DNA of 64,000 nucleotides from a virus (Duplodnaviria > Caudoviricetes): IMG/VR virus record IMGVR_UViG_3300032092_000001, one strand, 5' to 3'. Position numbers and translations under genes: made by a program. This document shows, one piece after another, positions 58,999 through 64,000 of the stretch. A model generated the notes under the pieces. That model was not told the DNA's origin. It worked only from the letters and a program-made list of their open reading frames with translations, and did not search any database. Position 1 is the stretch's first letter. Every line of letters begins with the position of its first letter.

Positions 58999-60276
58999 CT
59001 ATCCTATTCCTAAACTCTTTAAGAAGTCGTCCATGTCGTCGTCATCATCATCTTCACCACCTATAGCATCTTCAAAGTCTTGTTGTTGTAACTCGTCTTT
59101 AATTTCTTGAACCATGTTAGCGACCATTTTCTTACCTCTTGCACTTCCTGACATAATTTCTTTTGCCATTTTGAAGAACTCAGTCGGTGTTAATTCCGCA
59201 AATTTAACCATGAAATATTGTTGTAAGTTTTTCTTATCGTCTTCAAATAACTCATCAGGATAAGCTTCTCTGAATTTTTCCCAAATAACAGGACCTAATC
59301 TCATATCCCAAATCTCACCAACAATTGTATCTTCAGATTTAAGAACCGCTTCTTGTCTTCTTTTATCTTGAGGTAATCCGTAAGTACCAGCAATTTCCAT
59401 AACACCTTTTGCCAATTCGTGAATTAAAATTGGTAAGTTAACACCACGAGCCTTAACAGTTGGTGGGTCAGTTTTAGCATCAAGTTCAGATTTACCATAT
59501 GTTGCTTGACCGCTACCTGCCATTCCTTGTACCATTGAGTCCGGCATTAACCAATATAATGAATCGGCAAATGACATAAACACACCATAAAGATTCAATA
59601 ATCTTGGGTTGATAGCATTTAATTCTCTATTTAACAACTCAAACATATATGAGGACTTTTTAGCCGCTCCTTGAATCAACGAGTTAATAAATCTTCTTTT
59701 CGCCTTTTCTAAATCAAATTTTTCAAACGCATCCATGAAGTCGTCAAGTTCTTCTTCATTTTCACCAAACATATCTTCAACTTCTTCTTCAGATGGTTGT
59801 TCTCCTTTTTGTTTAAATCCTTCAGAGTCAATATCACCAGGTTTTGTTAACTTGGCATCAAATTGCAATGCCCCTTCAGGTATTCCAAATTCTTTCTTAA
59901 TCAACTCAACGGCTAATTCCTCAAGATATTCTTGGTTTTCACTTTCAATCTGAGCAATCTCCTGCATACCTCTCATCACCATCATCTGTAATTGCATCAT
60001 TGCATTTTGAGATGTAATGTCTTGCATTCCTGTATATCTTTTAAGATTATTAACTACGTCTTTAAATCTTTTAGACGCAATTAATTCCTCAAATGAAGAT
60101 GGTGTGTTAGGACCTTCAGGGGTAATTTCAGGGAAACCTTTCATTGATGAAAAAGGAGTTTCTTTCTTTTCTATTTTTGATTGGATATCCGGTGACATTT
60201 TTTCAGGTCCCTCATAATCAATCGGAGCCTCATTAAGTCTTCTTCGTAATCTATTAACTAAATCTGTCTTATTCAT
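58999..60276 (-). CDS. hypothetical 425-aa protein with capsid-targeting-like N-terminus
   Basis: MNKTDLVNRLRRRLNE|AP; helical, acidic. Confidence 0.55.
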   Translation of the reverse strand: MNKTDLVNRLRRRLNEAPIDYEGPEKMSPDIQSKIEKKETPFSSMKGFPEITPEGPNTPSSFEELIASKRFKDVVNNLKRYTGMQDITSQNAMMQLQMMVMRGMQEIAQIESENQEYLEELAVELIKKEFGIPEGALQFDAKLTKPGDIDSEGFKQKGEQPSEEEVEDMFGENEEELDDFMDAFEKFDLEKAKRRFINSLIQGAAKKSSYMFELLNRELNAINPRLLNLYGVFMSFADSLYWLMPDSMVQGMAGSGQATYGKSELDAKTDPPTVKARGVNLPILIHELAKGVMEIAGTYGLPQDKRRQEAVLKSEDTIVGEIWDMRLGPVIWEKFREAYPDELFEDDKKNLQQYFMVKFAELTPTEFFKMAKEIMSGSARGKKMVANMVQEIKDELQQQDFEDAIGGEDDDDDDMDDFLKSLGIG

Positions 60277-60280
60277 CTTA

Positions 60281-61282
60281 TTAATCTTCCTTTAATTTTA
60301 TATTCATAGTATCAAACTTCAAAAAGTTTGGCAACTCACCTTTAGGTGATGGGTCAGTGTTCGGAGCTGGTTTAAATGGACTCTTTCTTTGTGGTGTTGT
60401 AGTTTTTTCCTTTTCCTTTGTTCTTTCTTTTTCTTTAGTCTTAGAACCTTTAGGTGCCGGGTCAGTGTTTGGTGCCGGTTTGAACGGACTTTTTCTCTGA
60501 GGAGTAGTCGTCTTTTCCTTTTCTTTAGTTCTTTCTTTTTCTTTAGTCTTAGAGTCTTCAGAAATCATTTTTTGATTTTTAATTGTTTCAAGTAAATCTT
60601 TCTTTGACATTTTAGGTCTCAAAGCATTTTCAACTAATTCCTCCATTTTCATTTCCAAAATGAATTCAAACGGATTTTTACCTTCTTTAATTTTTTCTTT
60701 AACACCTAAAACACATTTTTCGTATTTGTCAGTTTGTTTTTTAGTCCACTCACTTCTTTCAGTGGTACCAAACTTTTCACCCATAGTTGAGGTACAAATC
60801 GCCCAAGGGTTTTTCTTTTTATTCTTTTTATTTTCCATAATTCTTGATTCAGCAGCAACTTTAACTGAGCCACCCTCATACCTACCTCCCATAGCTTCTG
60901 CGGCTTTTATTTTATCTTTATCGTTACCAAAATTATATTCTAAATAACTACCATCCTGATTAACAGTTCTACATGTAGAACCATCAAATTTATTACCTCC
61001 GATGCTGGTACAAATCACTTCACCTGCTGATGAAAAAGGATAAACAGTGTCCGCTTCTCCTAATTCGGCAGAAACCTTTATTTTTCCATCACTAGAAACT
61101 TCATTACCTGTTTTTTCTTTGTAAAGTTTTCTATCTTCTTCTTTACTTAAATCATATTCGGTAGTCGCCTCTTTTATTACTTTTCTGTAAAGCAAATTTA
61201 ATTGAGATTCTGTTAACTTACTTAAAGTTTTTTTACTAAATCCCTCATTTAACATTTTTTGAATTTTAATTTTTGTACTCAT
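60281..61282 (-). CDS. hypothetical basic protein with a tandem 36-aa repeat
   Basis: MLNE|G, LTESQL...VIKE|A and NPWAICT motifs. Confidence 0.55.
   Translation of the reverse strand: MSTKIKIQKMLNEGFSKKTLSKLTESQLNLLYRKVIKEATTEYDLSKEEDRKLYKEKTGNEVSSDGKIKVSAELGEADTVYPFSSAGEVICTSIGGNKFDGSTCRTVNQDGSYLEYNFGNDKDKIKAAEAMGGRYEGGSVKVAAESRIMENKKNKKKNPWAICTSTMGEKFGTTERSEWTKKQTDKYEKCVLGVKEKIKEGKNPFEFILEMKMEELVENALRPKMSKKDLLETIKNQKMISEDSKTKEKERTKEKEKTTTPQRKSPFKPAPNTDPAPKGSKTKEKERTKEKEKTTTPQRKSPFKPAPNTDPSPKGELPNFLKFDTMNIKLKED
60338..60553 (-). repeat. two tandem 108-nt repeats encoding SKTKEKERTKEKEKTTTPQRKSPFKPAPNTDP(A/S)PKG
   Basis: Units 60446-60553 and 60338-60445; hand alignment gives 15 synonymous and 1 non-synonymous differences. 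Confidence 0.9.
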
Positions 61283-61668
61283 CTTTTTTCAAATTCTTTA
61301 TAAAATTCAAGGATAATATCCTTTTCATATAATTTATCTTTAACTTCATCCTCAGTCATTCCATAATGAAAGACTAACCTATCCTCAATGTCTCTATCAC
61401 TCTCCCAAGCCAATGCAATTACATTATCAACCGCATCTTTCATACAAAAAAAATCGGAGTTCTGAATGAGCTCCATTTCTATGTCTTCTCTATTCAAAAC
61501 TCCAACTCTTCTAATTTTTTCAATCTCCGGTGAAGTTGGGTTTCCGTTTGCGGGATTTGTATCCCAATCGTCACCCCACACATCATTATTGTCTGAGAAA
61601 ATAAATTCATAAATTTTATTTCCTCTATAATTTGAACCTAATCCATTAACGAAAACTAAAAAACTCAT
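61279..61668 (-). CDS. hypothetical protein
   Basis: 129 aa, ATGA overlaps on both sides. Confidence 0.6.
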   Translation of the reverse strand: MSFLVFVNGLGSNYRGNKIYEFIFSDNNDVWGDDWDTNPANGNPTSPEIEKIRRVGVLNREDIEMELIQNSDFFCMKDAVDNVIALAWESDRDIEDRLVFHYGMTEDEVKDKLYEKDIILEFYKEFEKR

Positions 61669-62882
61669 AGTATCTGCCCATTACGTCCCACCTTGAGTTG
61701 CTTATTGTTGTTTTCAAAAACCAAATTACCTTTGTTTGTTTTCCCAACAAAATTAACTTTTGGGAATTTTAACATGATATCTTTAGCCACTTTTCTTTGT
61801 TCTTTAGATTCACTTAATCTGTTGATTTCATTAACTGAATTTTGAACCTTACTCTTTAATTGTGTTTTGTTATTTTCTTTCTTTTCGTTAATGAATTTTT
61901 TTTCATTTTCGTTAATCACAAAGTAACCTTTCAAAATTTTATCAACCTGACTTTCTTTGAAGATGTTATTAAACACTCCACTTAAAAAGTCTTCTTCTTT
62001 AACTTCACCTTCATTCCAATTCTCAGTCATTTCTGAATCAACAGGTAACTCTTCATCTCCAACTGGTAATTCTTCATCACCCATCTCATCTTCCATCCCT
62101 CCCATATCCTCAACATCTTCATCTTCACCTTCTAATTTACCAATAATGTCCTCTTTATCGTCTTCATCTAAGTTATCACTTATTGCCGACAATATAGAGT
62201 TAATTACGTATTTAGCGTCTTTTGATGAGATATCTTCTTCATTATCTTGTAAATCTCTAATTTTTTGAGCTAATTTACCTGTTAATTTTTGAATAGTTTT
62301 GAAAGAAACATCTTCGTTATCTTCCATATCATTATCTGACGGCATTTCATCAGATGGTTCAGGTAAATCCATTGGTTCTTCAGGACCCATTTCATCATCC
62401 ATAGATGGCATCTCAGGCTCTGCAGGTGATGGTGTGGGTTCCGGCATCGGAGCGTCAATAGGTTCTTCCATTGGTGATGGTTCCTCAGCAGATACCTCAG
62501 GTTTTGGAGTTCTTAATGTATATTTCTTTTGCTCACTAAATAATGAAATACCCTCAACAGTTTCTGTCAATGTATTAACTTCTTTAGCAATTAAATTTAA
62601 TCTTTTGAAGGCTGCAGAATAAGAAGTATAATGTCTTCTATTTTTCATAGGTTCAATATAGTCAGAAACTGATTCATTAATTTGTTTCTTAATAACGTAA
62701 CCCATTTTTTCTTTAGCTATTTCATAGGTATACCCATCAGCTAATTTTACTTGGTATTCAGTTGATGACGATTCATTAATGTTTTGCTTTGGAGTTTCTT
62801 TGTACTTGGCAATTTCCAAAATTCTTTTTAATTTGTCATCTCCTTGTAGTTTTTCACTACCTATTGGTTTTAATTTACTCAT
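61665..62882 (-). CDS. acidic Pro/Glu-rich protein, possible internal head/core protein
   Basis: 405 aa; multiple INE/LSE/MTE sites; EP/DE low-complexity segment. Confidence 0.5.
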   Translation of the reverse strand: MSKLKPIGSEKLQGDDKLKRILEIAKYKETPKQNINESSSTEYQVKLADGYTYEIAKEKMGYVIKKQINESVSDYIEPMKNRRHYTSYSAAFKRLNLIAKEVNTLTETVEGISLFSEQKKYTLRTPKPEVSAEEPSPMEEPIDAPMPEPTPSPAEPEMPSMDDEMGPEEPMDLPEPSDEMPSDNDMEDNEDVSFKTIQKLTGKLAQKIRDLQDNEEDISSKDAKYVINSILSAISDNLDEDDKEDIIGKLEGEDEDVEDMGGMEDEMGDEELPVGDEELPVDSEMTENWNEGEVKEEDFLSGVFNNIFKESQVDKILKGYFVINENEKKFINEKKENNKTQLKSKVQNSVNEINRLSESKEQRKVAKDIMLKFPKVNFVGKTNKGNLVFENNNKQLKVGRNGQIL

Positions 62883-62897
62883 TTTTTTATAAAAATT

Positions 62898-63077
62898 TTA
62901 GCTATTTAATCCGTTAAATCCACCGATAGTTACGGCTTGTAATTGAACTACAGTGTCAGTACCATTATCTTTAGTGTAAATTGGGTGTGGTTGTAATGTT
63001 GACGAACAAGTCGCGCATGACCCAGTTGTTGCATTTATAACAACATAAGTGTAAGTACCTGAAGAATATTGTGCCAT
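62898..63077 (-). CDS. 59-aa protein missed by the ORF track
   Basis: MAQYSSGTYTYVVINATTGSCATCSSTLQPHPIYTKDNGTDTVVQLQAVTIGGFNGLNS*; late motif 14 nt upstream. Confidence 0.7.
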   Translation of the reverse strand: MAQYSSGTYTYVVINATTGSCATCSSTLQPHPIYTKDNGTDTVVQLQAVTIGGFNGLNS

Positions 63078-63091
63078 AGTAGTTTTTCTTA

Positions 63092-63098
63092 ATAAATA
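63092..63098 (-). promoter_or_regulatory. putative late promoter TATTTAT
   Basis: 14 nt before the ATG at 63077. Confidence 0.6.
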
Positions 63099-63144
63099 TA
63101 TTAATGTTACGGATTTTTTTTAAATATCTTAAAATAACAAAAAA

Positions 63145-63867
63145 TTAGTCTAATGATAATTCTTTATCTATTAGATTATTTTCTAAATCAAATAATTTTT
63201 CAAGGTAGTTACTCCTTCTAAGATATTTGAAAACGAGATTTTCATATGAATATTCCCCACCTTCTTTTAATCCTGAACTTCTATATTTTTTAAGTTTTTC
63301 TTTAAACTTTTTAATATATTCTCTTGCTTCATCAATTTCCTTTAGAGATGCATTTTCAACTACAGTATCTATCTGAGATGTCCAGTTTGAAATTTTTGAT
63401 TTTAATAACTCAGTATCAATCTTTGGATTTTCTTTCTCGGGTTTTACTTCCCACTCGTCAAACATTACTGAATAAACACCAGAACTAAAGTGAGCTTCAG
63501 AAGCATTCTGTACGTATAACTCAACTTCATATCCAAACATTCTTATGTCGTGATTATTATTGAATATTGTTTTTTTAACTTTAAATAACTCTTCATATAA
63601 CGGTAATGTCTCTTTATCAAATTGCTCAAAGTCACATACAACGTGTAAATCAATGTCAGAAAACTCGGACCAATTATAATTGGCTAACGACCCTGTAAAA
63701 ATAATGTCCTCAACAAGTAATGGAATACCAATAAAGTCAATAAATTCATTAGATACCTCTAATAACTTTTCACGTACAGTTTCATTTAAACTTAAATCCT
63801 CATTCCAAATTTTAGGATTTAGTTCATTTTTACCAAAAAAACTTTTTATAATTTTGTTGTTACTCAC
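63145..63867 (-). CDS. Pol-beta-superfamily nucleotidyltransferase
   Basis: IFTGSLANYNWSEFSDIDLHVV (hGS...DhDh) and a third acidic residue in YEVELYV; GTG start. Confidence 0.75.
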   Translation of the reverse strand: MSNNKIIKSFFGKNELNPKIWNEDLSLNETVREKLLEVSNEFIDFIGIPLLVEDIIFTGSLANYNWSEFSDIDLHVVCDFEQFDKETLPLYEELFKVKKTIFNNNHDIRMFGYEVELYVQNASEAHFSSGVYSVMFDEWEVKPEKENPKIDTELLKSKISNWTSQIDTVVENASLKEIDEAREYIKKFKEKLKKYRSSGLKEGGEYSYENLVFKYLRRSNYLEKLFDLENNLIDKELSLD

Positions 63868-63871
63868 ATTA

Positions 63872-63878
63872 ATAAATA
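63872..63878 (-). promoter_or_regulatory. putative late promoter TATTTAT
   Basis: 4 nt before the GTG at 63867. Confidence 0.5.
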
Positions 63879-63887
63879 TATTAAGAG

Positions 63888-63998
63888 TTACAATCTTTTA
63901 TACTTATATTTTTTTGAAATTTCCTTACTGAAAAATGAACCTTGTGATTCCGACATTCTAAATCTTGTGAAAATTTGAATTGGAACATCTTCATATTC
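63888..63998 (-). CDS. KTSC-domain protein, 5'-truncated by the window end
   Basis: EYEDVPIQIFTRFRMSESQGSFFSKEISKKYKYKRL* matches the KTSC pattern Y-x-x-VP...S-x-G-x-[FY]-F. Confidence 0.7.
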   Translation of the reverse strand, partial: EYEDVPIQIFTRFRMSESQGSFFSKEISKKYKYKRL

Positions 63999-64000
63999 AT

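Noticed and set aside
52167-62622. Ser/Ile-rich plus-strand ORFs (52167, 52443, 59735, 61957, 62299)
   Set aside because: Reverse-complement artefacts of Asp/Glu-rich genes.
1-64000. Stop-codon reassignment as in some jumbo phages
   Set aside because: Conserved genes are full length and end in TAG (e.g. 13898, 34492, 58999, 61665) or TGA with the next gene starting immediately.
1-64000. tRNA/rRNA/tmRNA genes
   Set aside because: No T-loop (GGTTCGA)/cloverleaf patterns found; intergenic gaps are mostly under 110 nt.

Overview
AT-rich 64 kb segment of a large T4-like (jumbo) myophage genome. Genetic code 11 appears intact: TAA, TGA and TAG all end tightly tiled genes. Core genes: neck gp13, family B DNA polymerase, a tail-fibre/baseplate block (5-24 kb), gp55-like late sigma, gp5-like hub/spike, major capsid, scaffold, prohead protease, portal and large terminase. 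Two glycosylation clusters (13.9-18.9 kb and 26.8-40.2 kb) carry about 14 glycosyltransferase genes (about 16 GT domains), an NDP-sugar epimerase and two methyltransferases. The best candidate for a new system is a GT60-family polypeptide GlcNAc-transferase directly downstream of a 1715-aa virion-type protein with mucin-like Thr/Pro tracts, suggesting phage-encoded mucin-type O-glycosylation of the virion. Two promoter classes partition the genes: TATTTAT (the reverse complement of the T4 late promoter core) 4-21 nt before 12 mostly structural or operon-leading genes, and sigma70-like TTGnnn-17-TAnnnT before five non-structural genes. About 10 ORFs, including a stand-alone WYL protein, start with a basic amphipathic peptide ending in (I/L)-x-E, resembling a capsid-targeting/prohead-protease site. 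A DUF4494-like gene and absent Shine-Dalgarno sites suggest a Bacteroidota host (inference). No tRNA, rRNA, CRISPR array, integrase, transposase, intein or reverse transcriptase was recognised. All family assignments come from motif recognition, not database searches.
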